DNA of 64,000 bases from Emiliania huxleyi CCMP1516. Lineage: Eukaryota. The DNA lies in contig NW_005201191.1 of assembly GCF_000372725.1 (NCBI RefSeq), forward strand, positions 188,426-252,425, in the 5' to 3' direction. Position numbers and translations under genes: made by a program. Numbering within the stretch: position 1 is the stretch's first letter; every line of letters begins with the position of its first letter. Positions 11,713-22,595 of the stretch are shown one piece after another. The notes beneath the pieces are model-generated. The model was given only the letters and a program-made list of their open reading frames with translations, was not told where the DNA came from and did no database searches.

Positions 11713-12726
11713 TCACCACGCCCTTGCGTAGCGGTCGGGAGGCGTGATGAGGAAGCTCTTCGTCTTCGGCGGAGGCCAGCCAAAGTGGCACTGCAGCGGG
11801 CCGCCTCGCAGCGACTCGCACAGCGCGTCGCGCGCCTCGCCCGCCGGGGTGAAGGGGTTGCCGCCCACGTACAGAAACTCGCCTGCGGAGAGCGTGTCAG
11901 CGGACGTGGGGAAGAGGATGGTTGCGCCCGTGGCTGCGAGCGCTGAGGCCGCCGAGTGGCTTGCGGGGGGCTTTGGGGAGGCGCGCTTTGGGGTGTTGGG
12001 AGGGGAGGGGCTGGGGGGGGGCAGCGGCTGCAGCGCACCACCCTTCATCGCGCCCGCCCGCAGCGCGGCGGCGAGCGCTTCGAGGGCGCCATCGCCGAGG
12101 CGATTGGCCTGGAGGCCGAGGCGGCGCAGCTTGGGGCATGCGCCTCCCCGCAGCGCCTCGGCCAGGGCCGTCGCGCCCGCGTCTCCGACCTCATTCTCGC
12201 CCAGGTACAGCAGCTCCAACGCTGGCAGAGCCCCGCCGGCTAGCGCGGCGGCGAGCGACGCGGCGCCGTCGTCGCCGACGCGGTTACGCTGCAGCGAGAG
12301 GTGCTTGAGCGCGCCGCCACCGCCCCCATTGCCGGTGCACATCGCGAACGCCGCCATCGCCGCGCCGTCGAGCTCGTTGTCGGCGAGCCAGAGCGTCTCC
12401 AGCGCCGGTGCGGCGGGCAGCGCGGCGAGGAGCGCGGCGAGACTGCCGCCGCGCAGCGCGTTGCCGCCGAGGTGGATCGACTTTAACGACGCGGGCGCCG
12501 CCTTGGTGAGCGCGAGCCCAAGCGAGCGCACGTCTTCGTCGTCGAGCGCGGAATCGGACGCGTGAAAGCAGGCGTCGTGAGCGAGGGCGTCCTCCGCGTC
12601 GTACGCACCGAGCTCGAGGGTGGGCAGGTGGCGCGAGTAGGCGGCAGGACGGGAGAGCTTGCGCCAGAGGTCGGACAAAGGGTCAGCCGAGGCCGACGCC
12701 AAGGGCCCTTCGCTGTTAGTGGGCAT
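11713..12726 (-). CDS. Leucine-rich repeat protein (ribonuclease-inhibitor type)
   Basis: Repeats LxxLxLxxNxl/vGDxGA (LKHLSLQRNRVGDDGA, LELLYLGENEVGDAGA, LRRLGLQANRLGDGA). Probable short intron near 11950-12050. Confidence 0.85.
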   Translation of the reverse strand: MPTNSEGPLASASADPLSDLWRKLSRPAAYSRHLPTLELGAYDAEDALAHDACFHASDSALDDEDVRSLGLALTKAAPASLKSIHLGGNALRGGSLAALLAALPAAPALETLWLADNELDGAAMAAFAMCTGNGGGGGALKHLSLQRNRVGDDGAASLAAALAGGALPALELLYLGENEVGDAGATALAEALRGGACPKLRRLGLQANRLGDGALEALAAALRAGAMKGGALQPLPPPSPSPPNTPKRASPKPPASHSAASALAATGATILFPTSADTLSAGEFLYVGGNPFTPAGEARDALCESLRGGPLQCHFGWPPPKTKSFLITPPDRYARAW

Positions 12727-12750
12727 CGGCGATAAATGTTTACGCCGGAT

Positions 12751-12845
12751 TTCTTTTGAGCTTAGCCTTCGATGTTATGAAACCTACCTATGAAAACAAA
12801 CGCAAGGCGGACATGGCATATCGCTCTCGGGCTCACAGACATCCC
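12751..12845 (-). repeat. ~90-bp dispersed repeat located upstream of genes, copy 1
   Basis: Reverse complement of GGGATGTCTGTG.GCCCGAGAGCGATATGCCATGTCCGCCTTGC..AACATCGAAGGCTAAGCTCAA; copies at 15989 and 56435. Confidence 0.85.
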
Positions 12846-13143
12846 TCACACCCGCGCACACCATTTCTTTTTGACCACACTCCTCGATAATCCGTGTTAT
12901 CCTCCAGATGAGAAGTGTCTAATAGGCGCAGAGGCGGAGGAGAAGAGGGGCGCAGCTGAGAGCCTAGCTCCAACGGATCCAAGCTCGGTAGATGAACGTC
13001 TCTCTCTCTCTCTAGATGAATGAACCGAAACGTTCATCCAAACCGAGCGGCGGCCGACGGCAGCCTGGCCGTCGCCCCAGCCCCTCTCTCTCGCCGTAGC
13101 CTCTCCGCTAGCAGGAGGCCGATAAAATCGACCAAATCGACCA

Positions 13144-14913
13144 ATGCCGAACAATGTACTGCCCCACCCGGGGTTAAGACCGGTCGACGGCAGCTCGGGC
13201 AGCCCCTCGGCGAAGCTCAAGGCTCTGCCAAAGCAGGATTCAGACGCTGACGAGAATACGGGTGAACGCTCAAGGACCTCAGGAAAAGGGGTCGAGCCTC
13301 AAACGAGACGCGTACTCATCGGCGAGGGCCTCTGGAAGGGCCACCGCAATGGCGAGGATAGACGCGTCACCGTCATCGGTTTGAGTCAGCAACGACTGGA
13401 CAACAACGACGCTGGTAGCCCAACAATTCCCAGAAAGACGCAGCGGCCACCGCCGGGCAAGGCCCCGTCTCCGCCGCCGCCGCCGCCGGCTCGGCCTCCA
13501 TTCCCGCCGGGCAAGGCCCCGTCTCCGCCGCCGCCGTCGCCGTCGCTGCCTCCATTCCCGCCGGGCAAGGCCCCTTCTAGCCCGCCGCCGCCGCCGTCGC
13601 TGCCTCCATTCCCGCCGGGCAAGGCCCCGTCTCCGCCGCCGCCGCTGCCGGCTCGGCCTCCATTCCCGCCGGGCAAGGCCCCTTCTAGCCCGCCGCCGCC
13701 GCCGTCGCTGCCCCCATTCCCGCCGGGCAAGGCCCCGCCGCCGCCGCCGCCGCCGCCGTCGCTGCCTCCATTCCCGCCGGGCAAGGCCCCGTCTCCGCCG
13801 CCGCCGCCGCCGGCTCGGCCTCCATTCCCGCCGGGCAAGGCCCCTTCTAGCCCGCCGCCGTTGACGCCGCCCTACGAGAAGTTGGAGAAGGACCCGCATC
13901 TCCACTTTGCACACGGGGGCCGCGCAGACTTTCGAGGTCGCGACGGCCAGCTGTACAACTTCTTCTCTGCGCCAAACATCGCAGTCAACCTCCGGATCGA
14001 GAACGCCACCTTCGAATTGCATCATCCGGACGGCAGCACCCTCGTCGTCGACGGGTCGTTCGTCACGGAGATGCACTTGACGGCACGCGTCGGGCCAACG
14101 AGACAGATTTGGGCCAACTTCTCCTTCTGGGCGTCGGAACTGAACGAGAACAACTGGGGCTACCAGGTTATCAATGGCACATGCCATGGCCGCCGTGTAC
14201 GGATCGGCAAGGGCAAGTCCAAGCGGTGCGAGGAGCTTACCGTCGCTGTGCACATGGCCCACGCGACGTTCGCGGCGGGCAACTGGAGCTTTAGTGTGCA
14301 GGGTCGCCCGACCTATGACCTCATCGCGGGTCCGGAACACCGCCTGGACATCGGCTTCAGCATCAAGGGCGACTTTGCCGAGCGCTTCCGACCGCACGGT
14401 ATCTTTGGCCAGTCCTTCTCGTCGATCTCGCCCCTCCATGGCAAGGTGGACGACTACCCGCACTCGGGTCATTTTGTGACCTCAGCGCAGGCGCGGGGAT
14501 CGTAGGCGCGGCTAAGTCACTCACACGCCCCAGAATCAAGCCGAGCCTGGCGTGTACAGGCGGAGGGTGCCATCGAGGGCGACGCATCGATGTACGAGGT
14601 CCCATCACCCTACGCCACGCGGTACGCCTTCTCGCGCTTCGACGGCGATGAGCTCCGCGGCCCGCTTCCGGCGGGGGCGCTGGAGGATCAGGTCGACGTG
14701 GGGAGCAGCCCGGCTGTGAGCGAGGCCACCCAACTCCTCTACCTTGCAGAGAGGCAGGCAGAGAGGCTGCTGAGCGAGGCGCGCCGGGAGGCGCGCCGTA
14801 TTGCCGAGGTTGCCCACGCGCCCGCAGAGGAGGTGCAGATGGTGATCGCGCAGCACCAAAGAAGAGTGAGGCGCCTCACAGGCCACATGAAATCACGAAA
14901 ACGCACACAGTGA
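13144..14913 (+). CDS. Pro-rich protein with DPH..GGRADF domain (paralog of 8516-10873); GC-AG intron 14491-14559
   Basis: About seven PP(F)PPGKAPS(S/P)PPP repeats, then EKDPHLHFAHGGRADFRG. Removing the 69-bp intron restores TSAQ|AEGAIEG, matching the paralog. Confidence 0.8.
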
Positions 14914-15166
14914 GTGTGGTCCCATTGTACGCTGGGCTGACGCCCTTGCGCCTGTGTAATACGTATCATACAGTACACTCTTAAATAGTTTCTCTGGTAG
15001 AGGTACGAGAGAGTCGAGAGAGCCGGCGCGAATTCGCGAGTCAGACGCCCAGACCCACACCCAAAATTACAGCAGGGCCGGGGGGGAGAGGACGCGGGAA
15101 TCTCGGGATTTAAGTATCGCGGTAAGTTTACACACAAAAGCGTTTGATAACAAAAAATACGTCGCA

Positions 15167-15951
15167 TCAATCTCCTCTCGCCAGGGCTTTGCATTTGCGC
15201 TGGAACAGGACTGTGCACGCGACGCCGAGTGCGAATGCGATCGAGATGGACTCGAACGTGAAGCTGTGCGCGAGTATGGTGGGCGAGCCAGCCTGCAGGC
15301 GAGGCGGCCCCAAGGGTGGAGGGTTGGGGCTGCAATGCTAGCTGGAAGGGCGGTGGGAGTGGGAAGCCTGGTCGAGCTTGCCCAGGTTCATGAAGCCGAG
15401 AGTGTTCGACTCCTTGATGTAGCTCACCTAAACGAGGGCATCCGCTTCTGTACAGAGAGAGAGTGAGGGCCACCTGCCGACCCACCGCCGTCCCGCCGCG
15501 CACCCACCCCTCGGCAGTCTCAACCTTGGAGCCCGACTTGAAGGTCACCGTCACCTGAGGCAAGAGAGAGGACGGTCGCGCGCGCCTGCGCGGTGGCCTC
15601 GCGTGCGGCGGCCACCTCGTCCTCTGGTCGCTCCATGTCACCGCCGAACGTGAAGCCCTTGCAGTCTGCGTGCGAGTTGCACCACGCCTTGGCGCTGTCG
15701 ACATCCATCGTCTCCATGAACACATTCTCCGAGCCGGCAATGTACCCGCGGACCACAAGGTAAGACTTGGCGATGTCCTCCTCCAGCTCATCCTCGAGCG
15801 CCTGCAGCCGCTGCTTGAGCGCCTCTGTCTCTGCAGCGGCGCTATCCGTTTCACCCTCCGGCTCCTCCACCGGCGCGACGAGCACCGACGGCAGCAGCGC
15901 CAGGCTCGCCAGGAGCCGAGAAGTTGTGGTCAGCATGGCTGCCGGCGCCAT
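15167..15951 (-). CDS. Small multi-exon secreted/membrane protein with PAN/apple-like Cys motif
   Basis: Signal peptide RLLASLALLPSVLVA, acidic coil, AKAWCNSHADCKGFTF motif, C-terminal hydrophobic segment ISIAFALGVACTVLF. Confidence 0.6.
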
Positions 15952-15988
15952 GAAAACATCGAAGTATAGCTCAAAAGAAAACGATGGC

Positions 15989-16048
15989 ATATGCCATGTC
16001 CCGCCTTGCGTTGTTTCCTAACATCGAAGGCTAAGCTCAAAAGAAAAC
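15989..16048 (+). repeat. Dispersed upstream repeat, copy 2 (partial)
   Basis: ATATGCCATGTCCCGCCTTGCGTTGTTTCCTAACATCGAAGGCTAAGCTCAAAAGAA. Confidence 0.85.
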
Positions 16049-16886
16049 AAACGGCACGGGGAATACCTAGCCGCCGCTCGCCGCTCGCTCGCACGCTCGC
16101 GCACGACCTTCTACTTCCTCGTGATCCACCCGCCGCCACCCTCGCCTCGCCCTCCCGCCAACTAGCCGCTCGCCCGCTCCTATCCGTGCCACGCCTATCC
16201 GTGATCCTGCCGTTACCGCGCCGTCCTTGCTCCTTCCTGCCGTGCCGCTCCTTCCTCCGTGCCGCGCCGCCCTTGCCGTTAGTCCGCCGCCCCCCTGCCG
16301 TCCGTTACCGCCGTGCCGCCGTACCGCCGCTCCTACAGTGCCGTTTGTCCCGCCGTCCGATGCCCTGCCTGCCGTCTGTTGCCGCCGCGCCGCCTTACCG
16401 CCGACCCTTACCGTGCCGCGCCGCTACACACACATCTGACTTCTTGCTCGACCGAGTTTGCGTTGTCCGTTGAGGAGCGAACCGAGCCGCCGGTGTGTCG
16501 ACAGAAAGTCGGCCCGCGAGTGCTCCGCAGCAGCCTCGCTGGGCCAGAACGTCGGCCCGCGAGGTGGATGCTAGCATGAGCCCGATGCGTCGCAGTGCTC
16601 TTGCGTTTCGGCGGTAGTGATCTAATCACCCGAATGCCACGTTCGGATCGCTCCTCATCGCAAACCCCGTCAGCACTCAGCAGTCCTCCTCCAGGAATGT
16701 ACGTAAGAGCTACATACACTGAGAGAGAGAGGAACGCCGTGCAAAGCTCGCTTCCGAGCTCTCACGCCGCCATGAAAAAAGAAAAAGATAAACACAACCC
16801 CGGGCCCCGATATTCTTACGACGTCGTGTCTCTCTGTGCCAAAACTTGCGCGTGTCTCTCTGTGCTGCGGGCAGCAAGACCGTCCG

Positions 16887-17987
16887 ATGGGCGAGTCTTT
16901 TGGTGGCAGCCCGTTCGGTGGCATCCCCACCACCACCGTGCAGAACAACACCCTCAGCATTGCTGTGCCGAGGATCAATGTCACCCGACGCGGCACCTGG
17001 CTGTGGTGCCCTGCCCGGCTGCAACGGCTGTCGTGCATCAGCGGATTCCAAATACGCCCCGGCCCTGTGCCGGTGCATCACATGCAGCTGCAGTTTTGCA
17101 AGTTGCCCAGAAACCCCACGAGTTGCTTCGCGGAGACTTCGCTCCCGCTGCAGGTCTGCCACAGCAGGTACGACGGCTCCGATTTTGAGCAGCCACATCA
17201 GTTGCGGAGTGGAAGGCAGCTTCCGGTAGGTCCTGGGAGCGCTTGGGAATACGTGATGCTTAACGTGCACTACGACGGCATCACTGGGCCAGCAGCACAG
17301 CGGCTCGACAACACAACGGTCGACATTTTCTTGGAGGAGTGCACCTCTCATGGGCCGTACTATGATCGGGCAATGCTGCAGACATACAACTTTTCCGTCC
17401 AAGCGCGGGGGCGGTCTTCCGTCGTACCTTCTGTCTCGTCCATGCATCGCTATCGGAGGGATCTGGGCGGCGGTACGTTCCGGATATGGGGGCTGGAGCC
17501 TCACTATCACAAGCACGGCACGTGGTCACGGGTGGTGGTGACAAGTGCGGCGGGCCATGTGAAATTCGCGCTGACAATGAAGACGGCTGATTATCTGTAC
17601 CCGGTGGACGACTTTCCAGAGCTGGAGGACGGCGACCTCTTCAACGTCACGTGCGTGTACGGTCGGGCTTTCACGGGCGTCGTGCCGTCGGGACTCGACT
17701 TTGCAAGCAATGAGATGTGTGAGCTGTTTGTGCATGCCGACCGCAGCGAGATGCACTCGTCCCTCGGGCCAGCCTTTGATGTGGTCAGCAGCTCAGAGGG
17801 GGGGTCTGTGCAGTCGCAGGACCCATTGCCGGGCCCCGTTACTGTCGAGAAGCACGGATCCCGGGACGCACCGCCCATCCGCCGCGAGCAGGTTGCGGCG
17901 CTGTGCGAAAAGCTGAAGGACGTAGTGCCGGCTCTGAAAGCGCCCTGCGAAAGGTTGAGCGGAGGCGCTGGTGGCGCGGGCAGTTAG
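16887..17987 (+). CDS. Copper type II ascorbate-dependent monooxygenase (PHM/DBH-like)
   Basis: Ligand motifs VHHM, LNVHY, PHYH and NEMC plus TCVY, in PHM order. True start or a 5' exon is uncertain. Confidence 0.8.
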   Translation: MGESFGGSPFGGIPTTTVQNNTLSIAVPRINVTRRGTWLWCPARLQRLSCISGFQIRPGPVPVHHMQLQFCKLPRNPTSCFAETSLPLQVCHSRYDGSDFEQPHQLRSGRQLPVGPGSAWEYVMLNVHYDGITGPAAQRLDNTTVDIFLEECTSHGPYYDRAMLQTYNFSVQARGRSSVVPSVSSMHRYRRDLGGGTFRIWGLEPHYHKHGTWSRVVVTSAAGHVKFALTMKTADYLYPVDDFPELEDGDLFNVTCVYGRAFTGVVPSGLDFASNEMCELFVHADRSEMHSSLGPAFDVVSSSEGGSVQSQDPLPGPVTVEKHGSRDAPPIRREQVAALCEKLKDVVPALKAPCERLSGGAGGAGS

Positions 17988-18019
17988 GACAGCGTACTAT
18001 CTGACAGAAGAGGTCCTCC

Positions 18020-18040
18020 ACACACGCACACACGCACACA

Positions 18041-18088
<48 letters not shown>

Positions 18089-18108
18089 CACTCGCACACG
18101 CGCGCGCG

Positions 18109-18146
<38 letters not shown>
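18020..18146. repeat. (CA)n/(CGCA)n/(CG)n compound microsatellite
   Basis: Direct observation. Confidence 0.95.
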
Positions 18147-18148
<2 letters not shown>

Positions 18149-18291
18149 CGCACGAATTCTTTTTTCGAGCGTGTCTTGCAGAGCTGGAGCACGGCGGCAG
18201 CGCACAAGCACAACGATGGAACATAGCGCCGGCACCCCAGCGTAGAGGGCGTCGTGTAGCCCTCCTTTTGGTATATTAGCCAGCACTGAGC

Positions 18292-19708
18292 ATGAGCCTC
18301 GTTGCTGCGTGCCTCCGTGGCGACGTGGAGACGCTCTCCGACCTGCTGGCGGCCGGTGAGCCGCTCGAGGCCAGGTGCGAGGAGGGTTTCACCGCTCTCT
18401 ACACTGCGGCCGCCGAGGACGATCCCGATGCGGTGCGTTGCCTGATCGAGGCCGGCGCAGCCGTGAGTGTGGGAGGCTCGCCGCAGGGCGCCACACCGCT
18501 GATGGTCGCATCGGAAAACGGCCACCTCGAGTGCGTGCGAATGCTGATCGAAGCCGGAGCCGACCTGGACATGCACGAGTCGTGCGATGCGCAGCCAGAC
18601 TTTGATCCATCCGCCGAGGACGATCACGCCGAGTGGATCCCGCCACCACTCGTCCTCGCGGCCGGAAACGGCCACCAAGATTGCGTCCGCATCTTGATCA
18701 GAGCAGGCGCGGACCTCAACATCAAGTTTGGCCCCTGCCGAAACAGCCCGCTGCACGAGCTCTGCGCTGCCGGGCGCGTGCAGATGGCGCGGACGCTGCT
18801 CGACGCAGACGCGGATCCGAGCGCGGAGGATGTGGATGGGCGGTCGGTGCTCTTCGTCAGCTGCATGTGCGATCAGCCAGAGTGCGCCGCTCTTGTCCTG
18901 GCCGCCGGCGCAGGCATCGATCAGCCCATGCGCGAGCCAAACCCGGGCGCAACGCCGCTCTACGTGGCCGCCATGTGTGGCCACGAGCGGTGCGTCCGCC
19001 TGCTCTGCGAGAACGGCTGCCCATCCCCTCAGCGGGGAGGCCCGTGTAGCACTCCTGCTTGATCGGCCGCACGCGTCTCGTTTAGGCGCACGCATCAACG
19101 CGCGGGCGGCGCGCGGCGCCACGCCCATGTTTGCGAGTTGCCAAGAGGGCCACTTGCGCGTGGTCATGCTTCTCTCCTCGTACGGCGCCGCCCGGACGGG
19201 CCGCTGGACGTCCGACAACGGCGAGCAGCTCACGAAGCGGGCCGACATGTTTGCTACCGACCACGGACACGACGAGGTGGTTCGCTGGCTGGAGGCGTCG
19301 GCCTCGTACTCGCCGCTGCACCACGTGGAGGTGCTCACCGGGCGGCGGACGGTCGAGCTGCTCCGCGGCGACGCTTGCGCGTCCTACAACCTCCGGAGCG
19401 GCCGCTCGATTCGACCCCTGCGCCCGCGCGCGCCGTTCCGGCCGCCGTGTGCGCCGCCCCGCACCGAGACGCCGTACGAGCTGGCGCTCGCGCGGCCCGA
19501 GCTCCCGGCCTCGCAGCTCATCCTCGCCGCCGCATCTCCGTGGAGCCCCGCCTCGCACAGGCTGTGGGAGCCGTGGTTCCGGGAGCGTGCGACCGTCCTG
19601 TGCACGATTGGCTACAAGCTCGCCTATCGCCTCAACCGGGAGGAGCACTCGTTTGTGGACGTGTGGGTCAGCCACGTGCTGCCCAAGGCGATGGCCGAGA
19701 GTGTGTGA
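18292..19708 (+). CDS. Ankyrin-repeat protein; GC-AG intron ~19016-19085
   Basis: GFTALYTAA, GATPLMVASENGH, SPLHEL, GATPLYVAAMCGH, GATPMFASCQEGH. Splicing gives ENG|ARINAR. Confidence 0.88.
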
Positions 19709-19843
19709 TGGACGTGTATGAGAGTGGGTGACGGACGTGTATTAGGGCAGCACACTCGCGCGTATTAGTAATTAGAGGCGCACGGCGGCGGCGGCACGCG
19801 CGCAGCAGCATCGCGCGTATTAGCGCACTTGGAGCACTTGAAC

Positions 19844-20007
19844 TTGGAGCACTTGGAGTGCAGTCTGGCCTGCAGTCATTAACCTCACATCCAGGGCCGG
19901 GGAGCTGAGGAGCGCACCCAGCGGGCCGGATGATCGGTATCGGGTTACGGGCAAGAGAGCCCTAGCCCCGGGGGTGCGCGTTCGCAGGGCAAGGGCCGTA
20001 AAGTAAA
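19844..20007. repeat. ~175-bp tandem unit, copy 1 (split from copy 2 by LINE insertion)
   Basis: Near-identical to 22283-22450. Confidence 0.85.
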
Positions 20008-22248
20008 GAAAGAAAGAAAGAAAACAGACAACCCAAGGGAGGGATGGGAGGACGGCACGCCGCCACCACACAGGGATTTTAAGGAGAGGAGTGTGATGCG
20101 CTAGCCGTCGCCTACCCTAGGGAGTCTGCCTCTTCCTATCTCTCTTCGCAGTCTCTCTCCGATTCTCGCTTCAACCTTCGTGCCACCTCGCGGCCGTCCC
20201 ACTCTCGTCGCTCTCTCCCTTGTCACTTCCTCCTCTGTCGCGTCGTTCTCTTCTGTCTCGTCCTGCGGCGCCGCCGCCTGCCGGTCCCTTGTTCTCGCGG
20301 CTTCTTTCGCCTTTTTTCGGCGCAACTCCGTCCTCCTCGCGGCGTATCCTGGCCCCTCGAGTCTATCGAGCTCCCCTCGCGCAAGGACCACATTTCTGAC
20401 TCCCACTCCGAGCATTTGCCTACAGGTCATGTTGTTGCTCAGGTCCACTCTCTCTTCGAACACTCGTGCCTCTACGGATGATGCCGGCGCTGGAGTCCCC
20501 TTCGGATGCATCGTGACATCTGACACCTGAATTTCCACTGGTTCGTCCTCCTCTGAGTCATCTTCCCCGTCCTCCTTCCGCTCAGCTCTTCGCTCGGTAC
20601 GTTCGGTGTGACTCACCCTCCATGCCGTGAACAGGCGCTTTATCCACCCTATATTCTTCTCTCGTTCCTCTGCCCGTGCCTTGGTCTTGTCGTTGTTTCG
20701 CACCCATGTCTGTATGGCAATCGAGGCTGCCTTCCCCACTACCTGTAGTTCGCTCGTCACCTCTCCCGCGAGCTCCCTTCTCTTTCTTTCGGGTATGGAG
20801 TCCGTGAGTGCGGGTAGCGTGCAGGCAATCACGGGCGCTATTTTGTCGTACTCCTCTTCGGCGAGCGCCCCAAATCTAGACCCTTTCGCCTTTAAGGAGG
20901 CTGCCCTCGCTCGTCTCAGGAATGTGGCGGTGTCTTTTGAGTCCGGCGCCTCCCGTTCGACTCTTGCTGTCGCCCTCGCTGTGTGTTTATCGAGCTTCCG
21001 CATGAAGTGACGCGCCTCTTCCTTATTTCCAGCGCAGCTGCCGCTCAGTATGTGCGCCAACGACGCCTGTGGTGGCTCACTGTCTTCTTGTTTCCAGTCG
21101 TCCCAGTCTTTCAGTTCCCCGCGTCTCCTCCTTGCCTCGCGCGCCTCTTTTGTGAACTCATCCCTAGCCGCTTTGCACGCTCTGCATCCCCAGAACGCAC
21201 TTCTCGTGGCGGGGCCCCTTATTCCCCGTTTCTTTTCCCCCTCTAGAATACGCCTGTGGTGTGCACTGGTTGGGTAGTAGTCTAAGTTCTGAGCCTCGAG
21301 GCTGAGCGGGTCTAAGTGTGACTAGTCACGCTGGGGTGCTTACGCGGTCTAAGATCAGCGAGAGCCTCTTACATCGGCTAAGTCGGCCGTGGCACAGCCT
21401 GGGGCCAAGAGGCTCCCACCGTGATCAACGATACGGCGCTAGCCCCCAAATTTTCTTCGCCTGCGGCGGGCGCCTTCTAATCCGGATCGATCCTTCTCAT
21501 GCTCAGCAATCGCCGCCTCAGCATCCTCCTCTTCCGATTCTCGTTGCTCTTCTTGAGCGCAATCTTCAAGCCAAACAGTTCTCACAAATAGCCTCAAGCT
21601 CAAACAAACGCATGTCAAGGAAGCCTGTGTATGCTGGTCCTCTTTGAATGATCCGCGCGTGAGGTAGATCTAGCATAGGGCCTTGTTGGCAGCAGCCAGC
21701 TTGTTGCGCTGCTTCGTTGCGATGAGCTGATTGGGATCGCAGAAGTGCATGCCAAGCACCGCCACGATCTTGAAGCAGAACACATCGCAACCGCATCGTC
21801 CGCACTGCCATCGGCATGCCGCGCCCGCCGCTTCGCCGCAGCCGCCTTAAGACACGCATAGCGGCAGCACATGGTACGGTGCGCGTACTTGAGCAGGAGT
21901 TGCGCGCCGCAAGTAGCGCACTGGCCCTGGGACAAGGCGATATGGCGTCGTGCGCGGCATACGTGTTACGTTGGTCGGGACGCGTCCCCAGGTATTTTTC
22001 GGGTAAACCTGGACTTTTGCAGGTATACCCGGGTTTTACCCGGATTTGGCCTTGTGCCGTCTAAGTTCATGGCCCCCGACCATACAGCGTCTAAGTCCGA
22101 GCCCGGCTCCGTGCGGGGGCTAAGTTGAGCGCTCGCTCGCTGCAGAGGCTAAGTGTAGAGCGACCCTCTAGCCCTACTACCCAACCATTTGGTGTGCCCC
22201 ATGTGGCACCCCGACCTGTTGTCTCACCCTGGCCCCCAAGATCGTTTT
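20008..22248 (-). mobile_element. 5'-truncated non-LTR retrotransposon (LINE-like) 3' end with (TTTC)n tail and 16-bp TSD
   Basis: AGGGCCGTAAAGTAAA at 19992-20007 and 22249-22264. Minus-strand ORF with CRAC..AHILSGSC zinc-knuckle-like motif ends at 20101. GAAA repeats form the tail. Confidence 0.75.
21265..22189. mobile_element. Non-autonomous DNA transposon (925 bp) with 16-bp TIRs and 8-bp TSD, nested in the LINE
   Basis: TIRs ACTGGTTGGGTAGTAG / CTACTACCCAACCATT (15/16 match). TSD TGGTGTGC at 21257-21264 and 22190-22197. Subterminal CTAAGT motifs at both ends. Confidence 0.85.
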
Positions 22249-22282
22249 AGGGCCGTAAAGTAAACACGGGTCTCCACCAACT

Positions 22283-22450
22283 CTTGGAGCACTTGGAGTG
22301 CAGTCATTAACCGCACATCCAGGGCCGGGGAGCTGAGGAGCGCACCCAGCGGGCCGGATGATCGGTATCGGGTTACGGGCAAGAGAGCCCTAGCCCCCCC
22401 CGGGGGTGCGCGTTCGCAGGGCAAGGGCCGTAAAGTAAACACGGGTCTCC
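22283..22450. repeat. ~175-bp tandem unit, copy 2
   Basis: Near-identical to 19844-20007 plus CACGGGTCTCC. Confidence 0.85.
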
Positions 22451-22595
22451 GAGGGTTGGTTCCGTGTACCGGGTTTCCCCTTAACTTCAGAACGCCCCCT
22501 CTACTCGGAGCTAGTAGACATGACACTGTACACCACTCACCACCACTCCGCGCTCACTCCGCAAGTCGTTTTCTCCTTTTGACCTGGACCTCCAC

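Noticed and set aside
19010..19090. Frameshift in the ankyrin gene
   Set aside because: Explained by a GC-AG intron at ~19016-19085
19904..19990. Hammerhead ribozyme in the 175-bp unit (CTGAGGAG plus GCGCACCC/GGGTGCGC stem)
   Set aside because: The required GAAA after stem II is absent (GTTCG instead)
21264..22191. CACTA/CACTG element with a 3-bp TSD
   Set aside because: An exact 8-bp TSD directly abutting 16-bp TIRs explains the ends better
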